The notes: generated by a model from the letters alone, not told the origin. DNA of 32,000 nt from Patescibacteria group bacterium (GCA_041674405.1 JBAYVT010000005.1:112284-144283); one strand, 5' to 3'. Numbered from the stretch's first letter, positions 19,257-26,500 are shown. Numbers and translations are program-made.

Positions 19257-20141
19257 ATGCCAGTTAAAACGTCGCACCTCAGAACCCCGTACGTCAGGCA
19301 GTTTCTCCAAGCGTTCGACATGGACCTCGGGTTACTAGATGACCTCGAGGCACTCGTCGAAGCCTGCTCGAGCCGCAACAAGCGCTTCGAGAGGGGCATG
19401 GACAAGGTCCGCTTCGAGTTCGAGCGGGACCAGTCCAAGTGGAATCAGTCCCAGTTGGATGCTATCTTCACGCTCTCCGAGCGTTGGAGAATGCGCCATG
19501 GGGAGACTCCCTTCAAGGAAGGGTCTTCCTACGACTTGATCGTTACTATGGGCGGAGCCAGACTCTCTCCGTGGCAGCGCGGTGCCTATGCCGCCTTGGC
19601 AATGTCCGAGGGTCGTGTGAAGGCTAGTACCTTGGTCATCGGCGGATCCAAACGGCACCTGCCGATGGCAGAGCTTCCGTTCATCACCGACTACGTCGAT
19701 GTTGAGCGGCTGGTGTCCGAACGCAACCACCAGACCTTCTTGGTCGGCGGCGAAGAGAAATCGTGCATCACTGAGCATGACCTCTGCCTGGCCGCAGAAG
19801 CCAAGCTCGTGAAGGCTCATCCCGATCTCCACATCGTCACGATCTGCGTAGACATGGAGAGGGCGGGCAACCACGATGTCATCGCTGAGGTCATGAACCA
19901 CAAGGAGCTCTTCCACTCCGACCGCGCACTATCCGTGGCTGGTGTGTCCACTCAGCTCTACGCGACCGGCCTGGACGCTGACCTCTGGCTGGACGCCGAC
20001 ACGCATGACTGGCGATACTACTCCGCAATCGGCCACCCGGTCGACCCGATCTACTCCGACCGCCGCACTCCGACCGTGTACTTCAACGAAATTCAGACGA
20101 CCATGTGCAAGAAGGCACTGGCCGAGCTCAAGGGCTACTAG
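19257..20141 (+). CDS. hypothetical protein in a GC-rich islet (294 aa from ATG 19257; the ORF track starts at 19197)
   Basis: Consensus SD AAGGAGG (19241-19247) lies 9 nt before ATG 19257. The 314-codon frame is open in ~60% GC DNA (36/60 in line 19321-19380). No motif was confidently recognised. The layout IVTMGG...LVIGGSK...TEHD only faintly recalls DUF218/YdcF-type proteins. Confidence 0.6.
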   Translation: MPVKTSHLRTPYVRQFLQAFDMDLGLLDDLEALVEACSSRNKRFERGMDKVRFEFERDQSKWNQSQLDAIFTLSERWRMRHGETPFKEGSSYDLIVTMGGARLSPWQRGAYAALAMSEGRVKASTLVIGGSKRHLPMAELPFITDYVDVERLVSERNHQTFLVGGEEKSCITEHDLCLAAEAKLVKAHPDLHIVTICVDMERAGNHDVIAEVMNHKELFHSDRALSVAGVSTQLYATGLDADLWLDADTHDWRYYSAIGHPVDPIYSDRRTPTVYFNEIQTTMCKKALAELKGY

Positions 20142-20157
20142 CCCACAACTTACTGAG

Positions 20158-20175
20158 ATCCGCCTAGTGGCGGAT
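20158..20175. repeat. GC hairpin ATCCGCC-TAGT-GGCGGAT (copy 1 of a recurring CCGCC(C)TAGTGGCGG motif)
   Basis: 7-bp stem with a 4-nt loop, 17 nt after the stop of the GC-rich ORF. A near-identical core occurs at 23054-23068. Confidence 0.5.
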
Positions 20176-20191
20176 AATGACTCTACCGCCG

Positions 20192-20229
20192 CAGGCGAGT
20201 CCCACTCCGGGGCTCGCCTGTTGCATTTT
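20192..20229 (+). terminator. intrinsic terminator of the GC-rich ORF
   Basis: 8-bp stem CAGGCGAG / CTCGCCTG (20192-20220) followed by TTGCATTTT. Confidence 0.55.
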
Positions 20230-20283
20230 ATCGTCGAACAATCGACGATCGTTCATTTTTCGACGATGATCAAATATAAAAAA

Positions 20284-21021
20284 TTATTTCACATTATTCA
20301 AAAATTTTTTGCTTTTTAAATTCTTTTCCAAAATAGTTCGTATATACTCATCCAAAATTTGGTCTATTTCTTGCTCGATACTCTTGTCGAGCTTTAGTTT
20401 GCCAATGGTTTCAAAATCATTTTTCTCGATAAACCGCAGCGCTTTTATAAATTCGTTCGATATTTTTGTACCCCGACTGGTCGGGGCACAATTCTTGCAG
20501 ATTACTCCGCCCTCTAAATTGTCCCAATAGTTCTCCCCTTCGGTGATTTTTTCTTTGCAGTTTACACACTCATAAAACTCCGGCTGAAATCCTGCTGTTT
20601 CAATAAGTTTAAGGGCAAAGGCATTGATCAAAAAGTTCTTTTCATTTTTCTCGATAAGATCGAGAATTTGCGCGAGAATTTTGTAAGTTTGCTCTGATTT
20701 TTCGTTTTCATGCAGAAAATTATCGACAAGTTCGCCGGCTACATAGGCCTTCGCCATTTTGGGAAGATCGCAGTGCAATTTTGAAAATTCAGAAATAATT
20801 TCCGCGCCGGTGATTGTATAAAAAGTTTTGCCCTCATAAAGCTGAAAATCGACAACCATAAATGGCTCCAGGTGGCCGCCAAGCCTGGATGTGGATTTTC
20901 GGACTCCGCGCGAAATCGCCTTCACCTTACCAAATCGCTCCGTTAAAATCGTCAAAATACGATCGGCTTCGCCAAAATTCATACGTTTTATTACGATTCC
21001 ATTTGTTCTATATGAGTTCAT
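20284..21021 (-). CDS. recO: DNA repair protein RecO
   Basis: OB-fold N-terminus NGIVIKRMNFGEADRILTILTERFGKVKAISRGVRK and zinc motif CVNCKEK...CKNC. The start is set at ATG 21021 (MNSYRTNG), which overlaps the upstream gene's stop as ATGA. The track ORF extends to 21078. Confidence 0.85.
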   Translation of the reverse strand: MNSYRTNGIVIKRMNFGEADRILTILTERFGKVKAISRGVRKSTSRLGGHLEPFMVVDFQLYEGKTFYTITGAEIISEFSKLHCDLPKMAKAYVAGELVDNFLHENEKSEQTYKILAQILDLIEKNEKNFLINAFALKLIETAGFQPEFYECVNCKEKITEGENYWDNLEGGVICKNCAPTSRGTKISNEFIKALRFIEKNDFETIGKLKLDKSIEQEIDQILDEYIRTILEKNLKSKKFLNNVK

Positions 21022-21794
21022 TTTTGAATCGAAATATTTGAATATACAGCATAGGGCTTGTGGGATAACGTAGCCCACATCTGATCACCGAAAGAATAGT
21101 GCCACCACTCGGTAGGGTTATTTACAAACCCTTCTCCAAGCATCACCCAATACAAAAGCCGGCGATTTTCTCTGAATTCTATTTGTTCAGAATCTTCAAT
21201 TTCTAATTTTTCCAAGAAATCAGTGAAAACCGACTCTTCCATTTCATCAAATTTTGCTCCCATATTGAGAAATTCTTTCGAGCCGATTTTACATAAAGTT
21301 AGATCAACAGCAGCACCAGTGGTATGCGGCGGCGGCGATTTCGGGTCAACTTCCCATGTTCCATTCTTGTTCACGTAAGCCCAAAAATTATTAACTTCGT
21401 TTTTAATTTTTTCTTCTGACCAATCCTGATGTAATTTTTTGAAATGATGCGGTGCCCACTCATCGTGCATAAATTTCTGCACCTCCGGCGGCCGGTATGT
21501 GTCGCGAACAAAAAGCTCGACTCCGGCTGGTTTTAATTCCTGATTTATTTTGACTAATTTATCCGCAACAGTTTTTCGAGCAAAAAGATTTGGTATCGCA
21601 CCTAAGACCCTGCCGCCATCATCAAGTTTGAAATTGAAGTAATAATTTTCACCGGCGATGCCAAGTGTTAGAAGATCAACCACATCATCATCTTCTGGCT
21701 TGATAGGCAAATCTCTATAACCAAACTTTTGATTTCGAATATCATCAAGATTTGGTATCGGCGTATTTTTGAATTTTTCAATTTTTTGATTCAT
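21018..21794 (-). CDS. M15-family zinc D-Ala-D-Ala dipeptidase-like protein (VanX/DdpX-like)
   Basis: 258 aa. Motifs HTTGAAVDL (HxxGxAxD) and EWWHY (ExxH), as in VanX/DdpX metal sites. It is longer than typical ~200-aa members. Confidence 0.7.
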   Translation of the reverse strand: MNQKIEKFKNTPIPNLDDIRNQKFGYRDLPIKPEDDDVVDLLTLGIAGENYYFNFKLDDGGRVLGAIPNLFARKTVADKLVKINQELKPAGVELFVRDTYRPPEVQKFMHDEWAPHHFKKLHQDWSEEKIKNEVNNFWAYVNKNGTWEVDPKSPPPHTTGAAVDLTLCKIGSKEFLNMGAKFDEMEESVFTDFLEKLEIEDSEQIEFRENRRLLYWVMLGEGFVNNPTEWWHYSFGDQMWATLSHKPYAVYSNISIQK

Positions 21795-21799
21795 GTGCC

Positions 21800-22549
21800 T
21801 TAGTTCTTAATTCTGGATGTTAAAACATTTTCCACTTGTTGTAGTTGTTCTGGTGTGTTTATGCCGAGAACTTCGGTTTCGTCGGCAATTTTTACCGCAC
21901 TGATTTTTTTGCCCTGATCTTTAGCCATTTTTATGACATCCGTAAGGTAATATTCACCTTGCGTATTGTTGGTTTTAATATTTGCTAGATTTTTCCAAAG
22001 CCAGAGAGAGTCGAAAACATAAAAAGCCGGATTGCATTCTGTGGTTTTTAGCTGTTCTTCATCGCAATCTTTGTGTTCAATAATTGCATCAACGTTACCT
22101 TCAGTGTTTCGAATTATCCTGCCGTAGCCTGTCGGGTCAGAGTATTCCACGGTAAGCATTGCGATCGTTGGTTTTTCATTTGTGTATAGATCGATGAGAT
22201 TTTTGATCGTTTCGGGTTTGAATAATGGGGCATCGCCGCAACAAACTATGACCGCATCCGATTTGCCTTCCAGATTTACTCGCGCAGACATTGTCGCATG
22301 GCCAGTGCCGAGCTGTTCTTCCTGTACTGCATACTCAACCTGGTCTTTAAAATAATCGCGGACAATTTCTTGTTTATATCCCACAACAAGAACAATTTTC
22401 TTAAGGCCAGCATCGCATAACGATTGAATCAAATAACTTACTACCGGTTTACCATTCGCCTTAAACATGACTTTTGGGATTTCTGATCCATTTTCGCTAC
22501 CCATGCGTTTCCCCTTCCCTGCCGCGAGCACAACTGCTGCAATTTCCAT
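21800..22549 (-). CDS. sugar-1-phosphate nucleotidyltransferase equivalent to the GlmU N-terminal (uridyltransferase) domain only
   Basis: 249 aa. Motifs LAAGKGKRM, PKVM, EQLGTGHA, CGDAPL, GYGRII, QGEYYLTD track the GlmU pyrophosphorylase domain. There is no left-handed beta-helix acetyltransferase part. Confidence 0.8.
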   Translation of the reverse strand: MEIAAVVLAAGKGKRMGSENGSEIPKVMFKANGKPVVSYLIQSLCDAGLKKIVLVVGYKQEIVRDYFKDQVEYAVQEEQLGTGHATMSARVNLEGKSDAVIVCCGDAPLFKPETIKNLIDLYTNEKPTIAMLTVEYSDPTGYGRIIRNTEGNVDAIIEHKDCDEEQLKTTECNPAFYVFDSLWLWKNLANIKTNNTQGEYYLTDVIKMAKDQGKKISAVKIADETEVLGINTPEQLQQVENVLTSRIKN

Positions 22550-22577
22550 TTTGATTTCCTTTCAATTATTCATGCCC

Positions 22578-22586
22578 ATTATATCA
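22578..22586 (-). promoter_or_regulatory. extended -10 (TGATATAAT) candidate for the GlmU-like operon
   Basis: The minus strand reads TGATATAAT about 30 nt upstream of ATG 22549, directly after the GC hairpin. No good -35 was found. Confidence 0.4.
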
Positions 22587-22591
22587 GAATT

Positions 22592-22615
22592 GGGCCCCGA
22601 CTATTGTCGGGGCCC
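22592..22615 (-). terminator. strong GC hairpin closing GC-rich islet 2
   Basis: Perfect 10-bp stem GGGCCCCGAC / GTCGGGGCCC with a 4-nt loop. The stop codon of the 45-aa ORF lies in the loop. The U-tract is weak, so terminator function is uncertain. Confidence 0.45.
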
Positions 22616-22738
22616 TGTGCTCTCCTCCTCTCTCGGCGGAGGATCACCGAGCCAATACGCGAATGGCGGCTCGGCCAGTGGGTCATCTTTGAGTATCTCG
22701 GCCCAGGTTGTCTTCTCTTCGTTTGTCATCGCTCTCAT
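22601..22738 (-). CDS. hypothetical 45-aa protein (second gene of GC-rich islet 2)
   Basis: Below the track's size cutoff. ATG 22738..22736 is preceded by TAAGGAG, which contains the stop of the upstream ORF, with a 10-nt spacer. Translation: MRAMTNEEKTTWAEILKDDPLAEPPFAYWLGDPPPREEESTGPRQ. Confidence 0.35.
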   Translation of the reverse strand: MRAMTNEEKTTWAEILKDDPLAEPPFAYWLGDPPPREEESTGPRQ

Positions 22739-22752
22739 GATTTCGACACTCC

Positions 22753-22983
22753 TTAGCAAGACAGATGTTGCCAGCGGCCAGTGCCGTCAGCGTACGAACG
22801 CATGCACTTTCCATGGCCACAGCCGATTTCTCCGCATGCAACGCACCTTTTGAGGCTATTGCGCTCTCTGCCAGTTTTCTTGGACGGAGCATGTAAACCC
22901 GCGTCACAGTGGGGGCATTTTCCCCCGTTCGCGGTGATTCTCCAGCTGCGGTTCCTTCTGTTCTGACGCTTGCTTGTCGCCAT
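22753..22983 (-). CDS. hypothetical 76-aa basic zinc-ribbon-like protein (first gene of GC-rich islet 2)
   Basis: SD AAGGAGG lies 5 nt before ATG 22983. Arg/Lys-rich N-terminus (KRQNRRNRSWR), then CPHC-(19 aa)-CVAC plus a further C/H cluster (GCGHGKC). Confidence 0.5.
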   Translation of the reverse strand: MATSKRQNRRNRSWRITANGGKCPHCDAGLHAPSKKTGRERNSLKRCVACGEIGCGHGKCMRSYADGTGRWQHLSC

Positions 22984-23041
22984 CCTGGCCTCCTTGGCTG
23001 TTTGGTTTCGAAAAGCTTAACCGGTTTAAGCCCTTCGAGCC

Positions 23042-23068
23042 AAAAACAAAAAACCGCCCTAGTGGCGG
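23042..23068 (-). terminator. intrinsic terminator after the CYTH operon; copy 2 of the CCGCC(C)TAGTGGCGG hairpin
   Basis: The minus strand reads CCGCC-ACTAG-GGCGG followed by TTTTTTGTTTTTG. Confidence 0.65.
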
Positions 23069-23173
23069 CCTTTTGAAAAATATTTTTAAATCAAATTAAA
23101 TAAGCCGCCGAGTAGTCGGAATAAGTAGATTGACTTGAATTGCGCGGCATTTGATATTCATATTGAGTTGATA

Positions 23174-23665
23174 TTACCCTTTATTCATATAGTTTGCAAT
23201 ATCGGCAAACTTCTTGCCGGCTAGCGATTGGTTGGTTGCCCAGTCCTCTTCGGTAACTTCTCTCCCAAACCATTTTGGTTTTTCAAACGACTTGGCAGTT
23301 TCTTCGTCTGTAGTCGACACCTCGATCAGTGCCAAACCGTCAAGATCGCCTTCAAACTCATCAATCATTATCTCAAGGCTGGGATCATCTTTGTATGCAT
23401 ATCTTTTCTTTTTAATGGTTTTCGTCACCACTTTCCAGATTCGGTCAAACTCTTCCTTGTTGATTTCAACTTCAAATTCTTCCCTGTATCGCTTATCGCC
23501 AGGGATCGCCATCAATTTTCTGGTGATAAAAAACTTGTCTCCAATTTTTCGGACACGTGTGGCATCCTCAGCATTTGAAAGGTAGCCCTGCTCTATCTCT
23601 GATGATTTTAGTTTGCCAAGTTCCGGTAATTCCGTTGCCAAATAGGTCGATTCGATGTTAATCAT
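23174..23665 (-). CDS. CYTH (triphosphate tunnel metalloenzyme)-like domain protein with a degenerate N-terminal motif
   Basis: 163 aa. The strand pattern RVRKIGDKFFITRK, REEFEVEI, KKRY, IDEFEGDLDGLALIEV matches the CYTH tunnel. The N-terminus reads NIESTYL where ExExK (EIERKFL) is expected. Confidence 0.65.
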   Translation of the reverse strand: MINIESTYLATELPELGKLKSSEIEQGYLSNAEDATRVRKIGDKFFITRKLMAIPGDKRYREEFEVEINKEEFDRIWKVVTKTIKKKRYAYKDDPSLEIMIDEFEGDLDGLALIEVSTTDEETAKSFEKPKWFGREVTEEDWATNQSLAGKKFADIANYMNKG

Positions 23666-23672
23666 GTTCCTC

Positions 23673-24407
23673 CTAATTTGTATTCTTAAAATTCAATCTC
23701 TTTGAAGTAGCTTCAAACTCGCCTGCAATATCATCGGTTAGTAATCTTGCATTAATCATATCTCGCACAGCATGCAAATAGTGATCAAAAACATCCGCGT
23801 CGTAAAGTCTAACTTCATGATCGCCGAGATTTTTGATTTTCCAGCCGCTGTTGGCGTAGTGGCTTAGCTCCAATGTTCTTACTTGGAGTAAAGATAAGTT
23901 TCTGACCAGCCCCTGGATTGCCTGCTCGCAAAGTTCGGCGAGTACGATTTTCGGTTTGATAATCTGTTCCGTTTTTACCGACAAAAGTTTCTCGTACCGT
24001 TCCACAAATCCGGCGATATCCGATTTTTTTAATTTGCCGTCCCTGAGAAGAAATTTAATTCTCTTCAATAAATCATGCTGACCCTGGGTTAGGGTAAATG
24101 CTCCAACAAGTAATTCACGGGGAACTTCTGTTTCGGAATTGATAGGGTAGTAACCATGTTGCTCGTTCTTATAACGATTTATCCAACCGACTATCTCTCG
24201 TTTTTGCTCATCAAATTTGATGTCGCTGTCTTTTGCTACCCGGAAGCAACCGTCATCCTTATAAACAAAGATCCCACCACCGATCCCTGAATAGGGCAAG
24301 GTCATTTCCGGATTGGTCGAGAAGGTTGCTCGACCGTCGATAATTGAAAGGCCGTCATTGACTATTCGTTCAATAGCAGCCTTTTTTGTTCCGTGAAAAT
24401 AAAGCAT
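23673..24407 (-). CDS. hypothetical protein with an N-terminal LYFHGT motif (possible ADP-ribosyltransferase/Tpt1-like fold)
   Basis: 244 aa, 7 nt upstream of the CYTH gene. MLYFHGTKKAAIERIVNDGLS...GRATFSTNPEMTLPYSG resembles the H-G-T ... S-x-x-Y opening of H-Y-E class ART folds. This is by-eye similarity only. Confidence 0.5.
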   Translation of the reverse strand: MLYFHGTKKAAIERIVNDGLSIIDGRATFSTNPEMTLPYSGIGGGIFVYKDDGCFRVAKDSDIKFDEQKREIVGWINRYKNEQHGYYPINSETEVPRELLVGAFTLTQGQHDLLKRIKFLLRDGKLKKSDIAGFVERYEKLLSVKTEQIIKPKIVLAELCEQAIQGLVRNLSLLQVRTLELSHYANSGWKIKNLGDHEVRLYDADVFDHYLHAVRDMINARLLTDDIAGEFEATSKRLNFKNTN

Positions 24408-24449
24408 AAGAAATCATTTCTTGCATACAAATTGTCCGAAAATCTAGTC

Positions 24450-25337
24450 TTAGCGCTGGCAGGCAGGACAAAAGTGCGTTCCGCGCCCCCCCAAAGTTAT
24501 TCTTTTAATTTTTCCGCCACATTTTTTGGGGCAATTCTCACCCGTTTTCCTGTACACCTTCAGATGTTTGTGAGCCTCGCCAGGGGTTCCGTCGGCTTTA
24601 ACATATGTATCAGCAGAAGATCCGCCGTATTTCAATCCAAGCTTTAATGATTTTATTATACCAGAAATAATTTTTTTCCATTCTGCGTCTTTGATATCTT
24701 TTACTTTCCGTGTAGGAATTATCCCGGCACAAAACAACGATTCGTCAGCATAAATATTCCCAATCCCTGCAATAATTGATTGATCCATCAGAAATAATTT
24801 GATTGGTCTATTGGGGATTTTTTTCGCTCGGTTTTTTAAATATTCTACTGAAAATTCACTCGAAAACGGATCGATACCGATATTCGCAAGTTCTTTAGTT
24901 TTTAGATTCTTTAGTTCTTCAGTTGAATACGACCTAACGTAACCAAACCGGCGCAGATCATTGAAATACAAAACACTTTCATCGTCGAAATGAAAAATTG
25001 CTCGCGTATATTTACCCGGCATTTTTTCATGCCAATCTTTCGATGGATGGCCGCCAGCCGTGCGATTGCGCAGGCAAAATTCTTTCTCTCCGGCACATTT
25101 TTCCCAAATAAGCTGACCGGTCATTTTCATATGAATTAGGATTGATTTTTTCGAATCCAATTTAAAAAGAAGCATTTTCGCGATTCGATCCACATTCAAA
25201 ATCTTTGCTCCAATGACATCTTCTGGCTTAAGCTGTACGACTTTAGAATCGCGCGATTCGAAATCAGATATCGTTTTTCCCTTGATCTTGGCAACCAGCC
25301 CTTTTCTGATTGTCTCTACTTCTGGTAGCTCTGGCAT
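24450..25337 (-). CDS. mutM: formamidopyrimidine-DNA glycosylase (Fpg/MutM)
   Basis: 295 aa. Catalytic N-terminus MPELPEVE, an H2TH region, and a C-terminal zinc finger CPKKCGG...THFCPACQ. Confidence 0.9.
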   Translation of the reverse strand: MPELPEVETIRKGLVAKIKGKTISDFESRDSKVVQLKPEDVIGAKILNVDRIAKMLLFKLDSKKSILIHMKMTGQLIWEKCAGEKEFCLRNRTAGGHPSKDWHEKMPGKYTRAIFHFDDESVLYFNDLRRFGYVRSYSTEELKNLKTKELANIGIDPFSSEFSVEYLKNRAKKIPNRPIKLFLMDQSIIAGIGNIYADESLFCAGIIPTRKVKDIKDAEWKKIISGIIKSLKLGLKYGGSSADTYVKADGTPGEAHKHLKVYRKTGENCPKKCGGKIKRITLGGRGTHFCPACQR

Positions 25338-25345
25338 AAAAATTC

Positions 25346-26341
25346 CTAATTTTCCAAATAAGTAATCACGGGCATTTTCTTAACTTTTTTAACGACTGCT
25401 CCCAATTTTTGACTCGCAGCTTTCATAATCCTTGCAACAGATTCCTGCTCTTCAGTATCGAGCTCTTCCCAGAAAACAGAGTTTCCCGTTTCAAGTGACA
25501 ACAATTCTATCACATCATTCGCCGTTAATGGACCAGACTGCAACTCTTCTCTTGGCCTCGTTTCGAGTGATACTACTAGAGCATCTGTCATATCTTCTTC
25601 TGCTATCTTACGTTCTGCTAATTTTATTCCACCCAAGAGGGTTTGCCCATCCGGAGTCGAAGCATATTCTTCCTTCCATTCGGCAGGAACAAAGAATCCA
25701 CTCTCGTGCAACATTCTCATCGCTTGCTGCGGGTCAAGGACACCTGCCCCATTAGCGCGAACAAATTCGGCAAATCGAGTCGTTAGCTTAGGCAAATTGT
25801 ATCTGTAAGCTTCGAAATCGCGATCGTAAATTGTAAATAACTTATCCAAATCTCCGAAGTTGATTTCTTGCTCCTCGTTTTCTCTATTATAATTTTCCGC
25901 CCATTCGGACAATGAATGGCCGGTAGCCTTCGCATAAAATTTCTTCATTTCATCAGCAAGAAAGGCAACGCTAGCAAGATCAACATCCGCCTCTTTGGCT
26001 GTGCCTTGCCACAGATAATGCCGTAGCACTCGGAGAGAAGTCTCTCCTAGAGAATATTTGGTTTTTCCAACTGAATTAATTTGGTCCAGAACTGATTGTG
26101 CCTCTCGTAAAAATCCTAGATTGACATCTAACTCTTCTTTCTCAACTTCGGCAAAAATTCTGCGCGTTACATGTGACATAGCATTCTCATGAGATTCACC
26201 AAAAACGATCTCACCTTCCGGGTAGAAACGCCCTATTATTGGTTCGCAAACTTCAGCAAATTCTTGTGTTTCTCTCTCCCTTTGCTCAGGAGTTTTCATT
26301 TCTTCGCGCTTGATACCTCTCTCATCATTTGGATCAATCAT
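25346..26341 (-). CDS. hypothetical acidic protein, 331 aa
   Basis: Long ORF, first gene of the run containing fpg, the HGT-motif protein and CYTH. No motif recognised. GC is intermediate (23/60 and 32/60 in two sampled lines). Confidence 0.6.
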   Translation of the reverse strand: MIDPNDERGIKREEMKTPEQRERETQEFAEVCEPIIGRFYPEGEIVFGESHENAMSHVTRRIFAEVEKEELDVNLGFLREAQSVLDQINSVGKTKYSLGETSLRVLRHYLWQGTAKEADVDLASVAFLADEMKKFYAKATGHSLSEWAENYNRENEEQEINFGDLDKLFTIYDRDFEAYRYNLPKLTTRFAEFVRANGAGVLDPQQAMRMLHESGFFVPAEWKEEYASTPDGQTLLGGIKLAERKIAEEDMTDALVVSLETRPREELQSGPLTANDVIELLSLETGNSVFWEELDTEEQESVARIMKAASQKLGAVVKKVKKMPVITYLEN

Positions 26342-26500
26342 ATTGTTCCTTTCTGTTCAAATTATACCAGATTGTTTATGCTTCGCCGGATTTGACAAAT
26401 TTTGCGCTTTGATATACGCTAAAAATACCAAGCATCGCATAGCAAAACAAAAATCAATCAAAACCAAAGGCACATCAAATGGCCTTTTTATGTTCCAATT

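Noticed and set aside
19169-20319. Track ORFs 19169..19438(-), 19335..19916(-), 19339..19539(+), 19439..19627(+) and 19942..20319(+) inside islet 1
   Set aside because: These are shadow ORFs on the opposite strand or in alternative frames of the 294-aa gene. They have no SD, and GC-rich sequence suppresses stop codons.
22467-22853. 128-aa plus-strand ORF
   Set aside because: It begins antisense to the GlmU-like start and runs through the GC-rich islet. It has no SD and a low-complexity Ser/Gly composition.
22683-22907. 74-aa minus-strand ORF overlapping the 76-aa and 45-aa ORFs in islet 2
   Set aside because: It starts with GTG and has no SD. It overlaps, in another frame, two ORFs that each have consensus SD sites. 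Long alternative-frame ORFs are expected by chance in GC-rich DNA.
22560-23050. Islet 2 as a structured housekeeping RNA (RNase P RNA, SRP RNA, tmRNA), since such genes stand out as GC-rich in AT-rich genomes
   Set aside because: Fragments resemble RNase P blocks (ACAGAA, AAAGGUGCG, GGCAGAGAGCGCAAUAGCC). However, they are in the wrong order, and GAGGAAAGUCC, GGCUUA, a tRNA-like CCA end and the SRP GGAA/AGCA domain are all absent. The SD-ATG and TAAGGAG coupling signals favour coding. This remains worth a cmscan.
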